From positions 352,001 through 416,000 of the forward strand of contig CAWIXE010000003.1 in assembly GCA_963840035.1 (NCBI GenBank): a DNA stretch of 64,000 nucleotides, in the 5' to 3' direction. Below, one piece after another: positions 21,201-28,700 of the stretch. Source of the DNA: a candidate division FCPU426 bacterium. Lineage in GTDB: Bacteria; Oederibacteriota; PGYV01; Palsa-1178. Within the stretch, counting starts at the first letter, position 1. The number at the start of each line of letters is the position of its first letter. A program made the position numbers and the translations under genes. The notes beneath the pieces are model-generated. The model saw only the letters and a program-made list of their open reading frames with translations, was not told the DNA's origin and did not search any database.

Positions 21201-22640
21201 GACGGAACCGCCATAGTATCAATCTCCGGCGAGGTTGACTGGAGTTACAGGACTTATACGCTCGGCACGGGCTCGCATTTGATAAGGTGGATGTATTCTA
21301 AGAACGCGTCAATTACCGCGGGAAGCGACTGCGGCTGGGTGGACCAGGTTGTTTATAACAGGTACACGCCGACCGTAACAAATACGGTAACGAACTCGCC
21401 GACAATAACGGCGACATGGAGCCAGTCCGCCACGTTTACCTCAACCAGGACAGCATCACCAACAAGGACCGCGACTTCAACATTCACGGAAAGCCCGTTT
21501 GTAACCGCTACCCCGACATTCACAATTACGAATACGCATACTGTGACCCTCACGCCGCCGGGAACCGGCATGCTCTGGCAGCTTGCGGCAGCGGCGCCGT
21601 TTACGGGCAGGTTCGGCCACACCAGCGTGGTATTCAACAATAAGATGTGGGTTATTGGCGGTATTAACGGGTCTACTGTTTTAAATGATGTATATTCTTC
21701 AGCGGACGGGGCAACATGGACGCTTGTAACGGCATCAGCCCCTTTCCCGGCGCGTTACCTGCATACAAGCGTGGTATTCAATAATAAAATATGGGTCATC
21801 GGCGGCTACACCAATACAGTGCTTTTAAATGACGTGTGGTCATCGCCGGACGGCCTCAACTGGACGCTGGAAAATCCCGCGGCATCCTTCGCGGGCAGGT
21901 ACTGGCACTCGAGTTTTGTGCTGAACGGGAAAATGTGGGTAACCGGCGGCACAGGCGCAACAAATTACGGCGATGTGTGGTCATCTCCGGACGGCCTCAA
22001 CTGGACGCAGGAGACAGCGATGGCGTCTTTCGGACAGAGGTACGCGCACGCGTGCGTGGTCCATGAAGGAAAAGTCTTCCTTACAAACGGAACATCAGGT
22101 CTTTCATATAATGACGTATGGTCATCAAATGACGGAATAAACTGGACGCCGCTGACATCGGGTGCGCCTTATCCGGCAAGGTACGGGCATACGGTTATTT
22201 CTTTCGGCGGATATTTGTGGATGATCGGGGGCTACTCAACATCCGGTTTTGCAAATGATGTGTGGTCCTCGCAGGACGGGATTTCCTGGACTCAGGCGAC
22301 AGCGGCGGCGCCGTTCGCCATAAGGGCGTCGCATACGAGCCTTGTATTTGCCGGCAGGATATGGGCGCTGGGCGGTTACAGCGGATCAGCTTATCTGGGA
22401 GATGTGTGGCGCTCTCCTCCGGATACAAACCCTACAGCCACATTTACGCGCACTTATACGGCAACGCGTACATTTACGCCCACGTGCACATTTACAAGGA
22501 CCGATACACCCACGCCGGCGTCGCCCACAAATACCGGCACGGCCACAAGGACATCCACGGCCACTGAGTCTTCATCCGCCACGGAGCAGCCCCACATTTA
22601 CGGTTACGCAAACAGCTACAGCGACAGCTACGGCGACTAA
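12228..22640 (+). CDS. Giant secreted adhesin-like protein, N-terminal part (DUF11 with inserted VWA, Ig/invasin-like repeats, 6 PPC/DVUA0089-like repeats, 2 jelly-roll repeats, Kelch-like propeller, Thr linkers)
   Basis: Signal peptide; MIDAS DRSGS; D-x-YE-x-D...DxDWVxF...GTYYxKV x6; W-SS-x-DG-x-x-W propeller blades; last ~16 codons are out-of-register text after a frameshift near 22590. Confidence 0.85.
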   Translation: MAARKLHSFQRLILLLSLFTAIFLPAYLNAGVLVMEKSSTKFIAAMGETVNYCITINPQYVTPKADIIWVIDRSGSMSYGIDNILANMRYFTEQLTGRKIDYRQGLVTFVDGFYDNYGFADNDDKFKSWLADIPVGGGIEPDLEALYEANNVPWRPDASKTMILITDEGIPCAEAGGDPLYVSLTASDLYSQGVIIHAITYNPSIAGYESYKCNPKFLPPLAGGVWLDYNTPPSGWNVFLQILGEAIATMNDVKITDPVPPDLIPVPGSAGTGVITGNEIVWNFTQVDRGAPFQVCFDAVVNTPFYNTVSNTAYGQASGISRTASNSVFINMATFTSTPTYTCTPTFTATRTYSNTKTATSTRTPSMTRTHTHTPSATKTITDTATPSATRTGTKTVTETCSPSDTSTATPTATQSATQTITKTATPTCTDTPTVSPTYTGTITRTATPTSTPTYTRTATGTYTITATGTQQATYTDTPTPTATATKDVDHYIIGAPASVPAGVPFYITVTAITSTWYGSLVADNYAGTAFFATSSPLYSLPANYTYIPASDYGSHIFQVTLMTPGMQSVTATDTVDASVTGLANILVTSGNAAYFTIDAPATAVAGDVFYITVTAKDAYNNVVTGYTGTAGFESTDAQWVSPGDVPFYAADQGKKILAVTMKTSGIQKIYCEDIMNSAINGTSNDIIITHSVISGFTVSAPTIVNTGTQFTYVVTARDAYNNVIEDYTGTVHFTSTDGGATLPANYTFLPSDSGSRIFTGALAANGTQYISVNDTLQPLSAGTSNAINAVTPPTQYNRPLLLTSYLTQPNHYEFCYIRIDDRNFTFTSTANYLEYDVYVPDYSSNFYCSTEFQDGVYPGDGNDMRDYGQTTQDYIKDQNGIRIHPSMDISIFAKGKWYHRKFDVSSLQPTGYYSNGFLSQDTGNIGYNGAPSNNAGTFNAFFNNIAVKTSGGTVVHNVFSNDTTMKIGGGVVYSGMTNPSWRTDATYPLDNYVWIIDGWRGWVTPAAAITADGYQCATITAYVWAPNSGANTKVAYAMIDFKSDRPEDVIEPITVSLNTRAITDWNGNAFARIKSTKPGAANVTLSMGPYTRIVTVNFTAAPANKVVISPANVNTQTGVSSTLGIKITDVNGNFISDGRTINISSSSATMVFSADNGSTWTSTVSVTGTLSRSILVRDSASGTATVTASATGLAPGTATINVNNSPAVKLVIVPQNSASTAGASVAFTVQAKDVSNNNANSNAAVHLSSASTTMYFSSDAANWYQTLDVNLISGSLPVYYRETKAGANVTITAHDNAALLSDGKGYATTAVGAAAFLDATANIYAVTAGRWVTITASVTDAYGNPVANRTITFTPMVQGGKTQDARLNNAADMISVSGTTDAQGKLIAWFKTSTDVDGSMNYCVVNTAGLLGKTVTISASDTAGRLSFLPNPMSLGADKIGVLNINAKDANGYNAPAPAGHEPTHIYANVTSVLFSIDNGLNWYVSVTPTLNSSGAATVNVKTHNTGTYYIMARDLNAGAGHLSDGANTLNVSTGYFVSVAPSAAATAAAGSGVTVTARIVDQNGAFVAMQGVRVQFTTDNGFINPAEAYTDAAGMAQSLLTLSILSNIQHKVSVTISNPDDTKTSGTITSLPVVSYSITSPSQVYRGEPFWVTLRAKDANGIKVDNYAGEVTFTSNDPLAALPSNYIYQIGDAGVKLFQVSLNTNGVKNISAIQADSSSVSGTSQNILVLDPPTATYTSTPTYTPTFTSTATKTITQTITQTATPSVTPSVTQTVTGTVTQTITATITQTATQTVTPTITQTHSVSPTITATPTFTFTATETITQTMTGTFTNTPTFTWTPTATQTATDEDTATFTVTQTITQTQTPYESPTDTWSQTATPTETYTDTPDYSATPTQEDTLEPTQTWTETEVVTDTVTHTSTPTFTATKTNSPDWTATPSYTITDSPTMTATPTVTVTPIPQDIYENDDTYLNAKPIYSYIRQTHNIVPANDVDWMVFTLSSFAQVIIETSGVPADTQMWLYSAAGVPLTYLNYDDDSGSGAYSKIEAMLDAGTYYIKVQEFGQNDIVTQYFVDLTVIGTDVYENDNVYTSASTITNGETQNHSIYPANDTDWVKFDVAVTSVVTLQTSGDGYGDTVMYLYNSAGVPASYMTYDDNNGGVLWSKITATLGPGTYYVKINENGMNSQIGLYHLTLNMTQSTPTPTFTPLVGDSYENDDTYTNASEILSGVQQQHSIHTASDVDWVKFTIDANSVVTISTSGLSGDTQIYLYNSAGVPGTYYAYDDNGGIGFFSGMTRTLTPGVYYLKIQENGQNAVISSYYVSVDIGVITPTYTPTVVLGDSYEVDNTFNNAKVIDLGTTQAHSIHAMGDADWVKFTVTQESIITIETSGSLSDTEMWLYDNLMVPTTQLAYDNDSGSGLFSAITRQLVPGIYYIKVGEYGNNATIDNYNISVSALVITPTLTPTPAMADAYETDDLYTSATWLYEGADQEHSIHTNTDTDWVKFTIGTGATVVIETYGTAGDTIMSLYNSTDVPSTPIITSDGGGTGQFAKISYVLPAGTYYVKVQESGQNAVVGQYFIKLYVSQDTPTATATNTPASGDAYEYDGTYLTAKTITSGISQIHSIFPSGDSDWVKFDVTGPSTVTLETSGTTGGDTVLYLYNAAGAASGTSLAVNDDGGTGYWSKITYAITTPGTYYARVVEYSNYYTISSYYLSLTIVPQMSPTQTPYYSPTSTVTPSSTSTETEVYTPTATSTVTITINEAVDNSALVFTTAGNAVWAGITGFGYSDNDSAKSGAIGDNMQSYVQTTVAGPGLITFWWKVSSDAADTLTLYDGKNVIQSISGDVDWEQVSYAVPSGTHAIKWEYSKDASVSGGLDTAWLDMVEFTYMTPTDTPEMTATATPTFTVTPAPTISIPEAVDNFTLTYDTYGAARWFGESAVSYYGGDAAQSGAAGNSQYSYMETNVTGPGVFSFYWKVSSQSGGDYLLLYIDGTAIVSISGEVDWSYRTYTLGTGSHLIRWMYSKNASITAGSDCGWVDQVVYNRYTPTVTNTVTNSPTITATWSQSATFTSTRTASPTRTATSTFTESPFVTATPTFTITNTHTVTLTPPGTGMLWQLAAAAPFTGRFGHTSVVFNNKMWVIGGINGSTVLNDVYSSADGATWTLVTASAPFPARYLHTSVVFNNKIWVIGGYTNTVLLNDVWSSPDGLNWTLENPAASFAGRYWHSSFVLNGKMWVTGGTGATNYGDVWSSPDGLNWTQETAMASFGQRYAHACVVHEGKVFLTNGTSGLSYNDVWSSNDGINWTPLTSGAPYPARYGHTVISFGGYLWMIGGYSTSGFANDVWSSQDGISWTQATAAAPFAIRASHTSLVFAGRIWALGGYSGSAYLGDVWRSPPDTNPTATFTRTYTATRTFTPTCTFTRTDTPTPASPTNTGTATRTSTATESSSATEQPHIYGYANSYSDSYGD

Positions 22641-24324
22641 TACGCCTGAAGTTGGATTATGGCACCAGGTGGCTGACGCGGCAGCGCCTCCGGGCAGCGG
22701 TTCGGCAAGCCCTTACGCGTGGTACTACGGTATAGACGGGGCTAATAATTACAATACCGGCGCGAGGACTTATGGCAGCATGGTTACGGGGAATTTCAGC
22801 GGGATTATGTCAGGTTCAACGCTGTCATTTTTAAGCTGGGCACAGACTGAGAATTCCATGTCAGTTGATCTAAGGCGGCTTTATGTGTCAACGGATGGCG
22901 GCGGAAGCTGGGGACTGCTCACTGACCTGCTGGGCAATGAGGAAATATGGTATCCGGTCAGTATAGACCTTTCAGCGTACTCGGGACAAAGCGTCATGTT
23001 CAGGTTTGAATTTGACTCGGTGGATGATTTTGCGAATGATTTCGTGGGCTGGTACGTGGATGATATCAGGGTAGTGATGCCGACCCCGACTGTTACAAAT
23101 ACGGTAATATTGCCGACCGCTACAGATACGCCGGTTTACAGCCCGACAGGTACAGCGACAAATACGCCGGTTTATAGCCCGACAGAAACATCGACTTACA
23201 CTCCTGTGGTCAGCCCAACATTTACAGAAACAAATACGCCTTTCCATAGCCCTACGGAAACATTTACACATACGCCTACAGCAAGCGCGACAGAGACGCC
23301 GGATGTAAGCCCCGCGTTTACGGAAACTGACACGCCTGTATGCAGCCCTACGGAAACACCGACAGATACTCCCGTGTGCAGTCCTACACAGACACCGACG
23401 ATTACGCCTGTGTTAAGCGCGACAAATACACCGGCATTAAGCCCCACAAACACGCCTGTTTACAGCCCGACAAATACGGCTACGGACACGCCTGTTTATA
23501 GTCCGACAAGCACGTCCACTAATACACCGGTATACAGCCCGACACAATCAGAAACTAATACACCGGTATACAGCCCGACACAATCAGAAACTAATACACC
23601 GGTATACAGCCCGACAGAATCAGAAACTAATACACCCGTATACAGCCCGACACATACAGCGACCGTACCAAGCGCTACAGTTACGCCTGTTGTCAGCGCT
23701 ACCGCTACAGGGACAAAGACAACCATAGCGAGCAGGACATTTACTCCGACAAAAACGGGGACGCCGACTATTTCCGCCACATATACGGCGACGGCTACTA
23801 TTACATCGACCGGTACAATGACAAACAGCCCGACACGTACATATACAGCGACTCCTTCCGCCACTCAGAGTAACACGACGACATCAACGGGTACGCACAC
23901 CAGGACTGCGACACTTACGGCAACACCGTCCCCGACATTTACGCCGACGGTCACAGCTACGCATAAGCCGCTATTTACCCAGACCGCTACATCAACGCCG
24001 GTTATGCCGACATTTACGCCGACACCTCAGCCCACGGCGCCTAACGCGGGCCGTTTAAGCTCATATGTTTATCCGCAGCCGGCGTCAAAACACCTGACTT
24101 TCGTTTACAGCCTGAAAAAATCGGCAGAGGTAAAAATAGTCATATATAACGTGGCAGGTATGGATGTTGCCGTGCTTTCAGTCATAGGGCAGGCGGTTGA
24201 TAATAATAAAGCATATTTAGACCTTGCCGGATTCGCGCCGGGGACATATTACTACACCATAAAAATAGACTACAGGACACAGCAGGAGACATATAAGCCC
24301 GCGAAGTTCCTGGTAGTAAAGTAG
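22591..24324 (+). CDS. +1-frame continuation of the giant protein: MAM-like jelly-roll domain, TNTPVYSPT repeats, T9SS type-A-like CTD
   Basis: Reads PTFTVTQTATATATATNTPEV directly from the junction; no signal peptide or RBS of its own; ends YVYPQP...IYNVAG...GTYYY...KFLVVK. Confidence 0.75.
   Translation, partial: PTFTVTQTATATATATNTPEVGLWHQVADAAAPPGSGSASPYAWYYGIDGANNYNTGARTYGSMVTGNFSGIMSGSTLSFLSWAQTENSMSVDLRRLYVSTDGGGSWGLLTDLLGNEEIWYPVSIDLSAYSGQSVMFRFEFDSVDDFANDFVGWYVDDIRVVMPTPTVTNTVILPTATDTPVYSPTGTATNTPVYSPTETSTYTPVVSPTFTETNTPFHSPTETFTHTPTASATETPDVSPAFTETDTPVCSPTETPTDTPVCSPTQTPTITPVLSATNTPALSPTNTPVYSPTNTATDTPVYSPTSTSTNTPVYSPTQSETNTPVYSPTQSETNTPVYSPTESETNTPVYSPTHTATVPSATVTPVVSATATGTKTTIASRTFTPTKTGTPTISATYTATATITSTGTMTNSPTRTYTATPSATQSNTTTSTGTHTRTATLTATPSPTFTPTVTATHKPLFTQTATSTPVMPTFTPTPQPTAPNAGRLSSYVYPQPASKHLTFVYSLKKSAEVKIVIYNVAGMDVAVLSVIGQAVDNNKAYLDLAGFAPGTYYYTIKIDYRTQQETYKPAKFLVVK
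23518..23654 (+). repeat. 36-bp coding tandem repeat (TNTPVYSPTQSE), ~3.8 near-perfect copies within a longer degenerate tract
   Basis: ACTAATACACCGGTATACAGCCCGACACAATCAGAA repeated. Confidence 0.85.
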
Positions 24325-24331
24325 GGCCGCC

Positions 24332-25504
24332 ATGAGAAGAATAATGACGGCGGCGGCAATAAGCGTGATGTTTTTTTCAATGATAAGCGGCTACACAAAC
24401 AGCAGCGCGAAAATAATATACCCGTTCGTGGACATAGCGCCGTGCGCGAGGGCCGCGGCGCTGGCCGACTCGGTGTGCGGAATGAACGTGGAGGAGTCGG
24501 GATATTATTTTTCAAACCCGTCGGTGCTGGCTTCATTGAAAAACCCGCAGCTTAACCTGACATACGGCAGGTGGTTCGTGGACACGAGCTACCAGAACCT
24601 GACAGGGGCGTCGAACTTTAATTTCGGGGCCATGGGGTTCCAGCTGTTATACGTAAACCACGGTTCCTTTGACCGCAGGGATGATTTCGGGGCGCTGTTA
24701 AACGGCACGGTTGAGTCGTATAACGTGGCGGTGTCAGCGGCGTACGCGATGAAACCAATGGCAAAACTTTCAGCTGGAATAGCGGTAAAGACGATTATAG
24801 AGTCAGACGCCTCGGATGTGAGAGGCACGGCGTGCGCGGATATCGGGGCGATGTATGAATTTGAAAAGATGACGCTGGGGATGGCGTTAAACAACATAGG
24901 GGCGGACGCGGTCTACGGGCTGCCGTTTACGATAAGGGCGGGAGTATCAGCGCCGTATACGATAACACAAGAGCACAAGCTTATGATGGGACTTGACACG
25001 AAATACATATTAAACGACGAGATGACGATATCAGCCGGGATAGAGTACGGTTACGCGGAGACGGCATTCGCGAGGCTGGGGTACAAGTTAAGGACAGGGG
25101 CAAGTTCATTTGACGCCATATCAGGGTTCACCTTTGGAACAGGCGTAAAAGCGGCAGGGCTTGCTTTTGATTACGCGCTTGTTCCGTTTACAGACCTGGG
25201 GTTTACGCACAGGGTGACGGTGTCGTATGTTTTCGGCGCGGCCGTAAAAAAACCCGCGGCCAAAAAAGCGGCAGGCAAAGATGAGGACGAATCAAAAACA
25301 ATAATGCAGTATTTTGACGCGGTGACCGCGGATAAGAACGACATAAAGGCGTGGAAAAAACTCGCCCGCGCCCATGACCTTTTCGGGAACATTGAGATGG
25401 CGTTAAAGACGGTAAACGAAGCGCTGACAGTCGCGCCGAATGATAAGGAACTCATAAAGATGAAGGGCGATTACGGGAAGATATTAAATAAGAGTGGAAA
25501 GTAG
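24332..25504 (+). CDS. PorV/PorQ (UPF0164)-family outer-membrane barrel with C-terminal TPR
   Basis: ARAAALADS...NPSVLA N-terminus, LNNIG, ARLGY, FDYALVPFTDLGFTHRVTVSYVF barrel end, then TPR-like AWKKLARAHDLFG. Confidence 0.8.
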   Translation: MRRIMTAAAISVMFFSMISGYTNSSAKIIYPFVDIAPCARAAALADSVCGMNVEESGYYFSNPSVLASLKNPQLNLTYGRWFVDTSYQNLTGASNFNFGAMGFQLLYVNHGSFDRRDDFGALLNGTVESYNVAVSAAYAMKPMAKLSAGIAVKTIIESDASDVRGTACADIGAMYEFEKMTLGMALNNIGADAVYGLPFTIRAGVSAPYTITQEHKLMMGLDTKYILNDEMTISAGIEYGYAETAFARLGYKLRTGASSFDAISGFTFGTGVKAAGLAFDYALVPFTDLGFTHRVTVSYVFGAAVKKPAAKKAAGKDEDESKTIMQYFDAVTADKNDIKAWKKLARAHDLFGNIEMALKTVNEALTVAPNDKELIKMKGDYGKILNKSGK

Positions 25505-25554
25505 ACAGGAGACTGGAGACAAGAGTAATACTCCTGTCTCCGGTCTTTTGTCTC
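25502..25554. repeat. Heptamer inverted-repeat element (GAGACAA/GAGACAG family)
   Basis: TAGACAG GAGACTG GAGACAA GAGTA / TACTC CTGTCTC CGGTCTT TTGTCTC; related arms at 8629, 34575, 52399. Confidence 0.7.
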
Positions 25555-25645
25555 TCTTTTACTCTCGTGAAGTATACTGAAAGTTATATGAAAATGTAAA
25601 ACAGGTTAATAAAAAGAAGAAAGATAATATAAAAGCTTACTTTTG

Positions 25646-25674
25646 TTGACAAAAATGGGGCAAAAACTTATAAT
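25646..25674 (+). promoter_or_regulatory. Sigma70-type promoter
   Basis: TTGACA-17 nt-TATAAT upstream of GGAGG and TTG 25701. Confidence 0.8.
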
Positions 25675-25700
25675 AGTCCAAGTATTTTGGGAGGAAGGGA

Positions 25701-28700
25701 TTGCGAATTTCAACTAAAAAGTTATTTTCTGCTATAGCTATCACTATTTTATCTATTTTCCCTTCATTATTATACTCATCAGGTTTGTGGCATACCATAG
25801 GCGATGAATATTCCCCCGGGCAGCGGACATTTTCGAGCGTTTCCCCGGACACGTACTGGTATGGGCAGGAGTCGACGGGGAGCTACAATACCGGATCAAA
25901 CAATAACGGAAGCCAGGTCTTCGGGCCTTTTTACGCGCAGGAAAATACGGGCATTTCATTTTGGAGCTGGGAAGAAACCGAAAATTTTCAGTTCCCTGAC
26001 GCGGTTGATACGAGAAAGATTTATATTTCAGCTGATTCCGGAACCACATGGGAACTTGTCAGGGAAATGTTTGGGATTGAAAGGGAATGGCATAATGTGC
26101 TTATTGACCTCACCGCATATTCGGGGCAGACAATCCTGATTAAAGCCGTTTTTGACACGATGGACAGGTTTAACAATAACTTCCGCGGATGGTTTATTGA
26201 CGATGTTTTATTTTCCGGGATAACACAACAGGACCGGCTATCCGACGCCCTTGACAATAAAACCATGACTTTTACAACCGGAGGCGCAGCTGACTGGATT
26301 TCACAGACCATTGACGCGAAATACGGAGGTACGGCGCTACGGAGCGGGGTTATCGGAGACAGCCAGTTGACATACGTTGAGACTATAGTGGCCGGACCGG
26401 GGTACATAAGTTTTTATTATAAAGCCTCATCCGAATATGGTTTTGACTACCTCGACTTTTTCATAGACGGTGTGCTGGCCACAGACTCATATTACAGGTG
26501 CACCGGCACTCAGAATGAATTTTACTGGACAAAAATTACTTTATATGTGGCGCCGGGAAGCCATGTGATGAGATGGCAGTATAAAAAAGACGAGAGCAAC
26601 TCGGCAGGCAGGGACTGTGGATGGCTTGACAGGGTGAACTTTTCACCCGGCGGGATGCCGCCTGACTTACCGCCTGCGGATTTGTCCACGCTGACACCGG
26701 CCGGCACAGCAACAACGACAAGGACACGCACTGTAAGCCCCACAAAAACGCCGAGCTTCTCTGTTACGCCGACACTAACACCGGCTTCTGTATCCTTAAA
26801 TGACGCGCTTGATAACGCGGCGCTCTCTTTAAGCCAGCAGCAGGTGCCGGCCTGGAGAGGGCAGGAGTCAGTCTTTTATTTTGGCGGGAGTTCCGCGCAG
26901 TGCTCCGGCCTGGCTGACACGCAGGCATCGAGGCTTACGGCCAATATTTCCGGGCCCTGCACCGTATATTTTGAATGGAAAGTCTCATGCGAAGAAGATT
27001 ACGACTACCTTACCCTGTATGTCGACGGCGAAGAGACGGATTATATTACCGGCGAAACAGACTGGAAGCAAGCATCGGTTGACCTGCCTGCCGGAGAGCA
27101 CAGCTTATCGTGGGAGTATTCAAAGGACATCGATACGTCCGCGGGATTGGATTCCGCATGGGTAGACAAAGTGGAAATCATAAGCACCACGCCGACAACA
27201 ACCATGACCGTTTCGGGAACTCCGACGGAGACATTATCCATGACATATACACCGGCCTTTACGGCGACACATACACCCACGGCGACCATGTCAAAGACAC
27301 AGCAGGCGGTTATGCCTACACCGGCGCTTCAGGAAGCCCTTGATAACTTTACTATTGTATTCAGCGCCTCAGGCACTGTGCCATGGAAAGGACAGGGTGA
27401 TAAGTTCTTCTACGGGGGCGATTCCGCCCAGGCGGGCTCCATGGCGGACAGTTCCTCTACAACGCTGCAGGCAAGCGTGACCGGAGCCGGTACAATAAGT
27501 TTTTACTGGAAATCAGACACGGAATGGGGCGATTACCTCTATTTTTACGTAGACGGCGCGCCGGTGGCGGACATTTACGCCCAGCAGGACTGGGGAGGCT
27601 TCAGCTTTAATATCAGCGGGGCTGGAAGTCATCTGCTTGAGTGGGTATATGCTAAAGATGATTACCGTAATTATGAATCCTATGGATATGTACATGACAG
27701 GGTATGGGTAGATAAAGTGGAATATACGTCGGGAACGCGGACCATAACGCCGACACTGACCGTCACCGGCACCGCAACAGTAAAACCAACGCTGTCATTT
27801 ACAGCAACAGCCGCGACAGGCACTGAGACGCCAATTTATACTCCCACTAACACCAGGACGCTTTATCCCACTGCGTCCATGACGCCGACTGTGGCAGCAA
27901 GCGTGAGTATTAACCAGGCGGTAGATAATTATACTATTACGTTCACGTCCGGCGGAGCGGCCCCTTGGCGCGGCGAGATAAACCAGGGAGCGTATTTTGA
28001 CGGGGATGACGCAAGGAGCGGCCCCATAGGGGATAATGAGTATTCATACCTGGAAGCAAGGATAAACGGCCCCGGCATACTGAGTTTCTACGCCTCGGTA
28101 TCCGCTGACGGCGGTGACGGTTTTTACCTTGAGGTCGATGGCGCATTCGGCAGTTCCCATGGAAGCTACGGTATGGGTTCTGAATGGAATAATATAACAG
28201 AATACATTTATCCGGGAGTAAATGTCGTAAGATGGGTTTACAGAAAAGACTCGAGCACAAGCGCCTTCGACGACTGCCTGCGTATTGACAGGATAACATT
28301 TAACCCGGCGGCAACTCCGTCGCCGTGGCCCACTGATACTCCGGTTTACACACCTACCGTCACGCTGACAATTACCGCAGTCATTTATCAGCCTATTACG
28401 GTTGTGCCTGAGAGCGTTTGGTATAAGGCAACTGAAAACTCGGGGCTGGGATGCAGGTACGGGCATAAGTGCGTTGTGCTCAATAACAAGATGTGGCTCA
28501 CGGGAGGTTATAACGGCGGAGGCGCCGGCGATGTTTGGTCTTCAGCTGACGGCGTTGGCTGGAACAGGGAAAATCCTTCAGCTTTTCCTTACAGGGTTTT
28601 CCATGGTTCGGTATCATGGAAAGGCAGGATATGGGTCATCGGCGGCATGGGACAAAGCAGCAGCACAGTATACAATGACGTATGGTCGTCGGCTGACGGG

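Noticed and set aside
22342..22590. Independent start of the 660-aa ORF
   Set aside because: First ~80 codons are off-frame text overlapping the Kelch region, with no RBS or signal peptide; sensible sequence begins only at the frameshift
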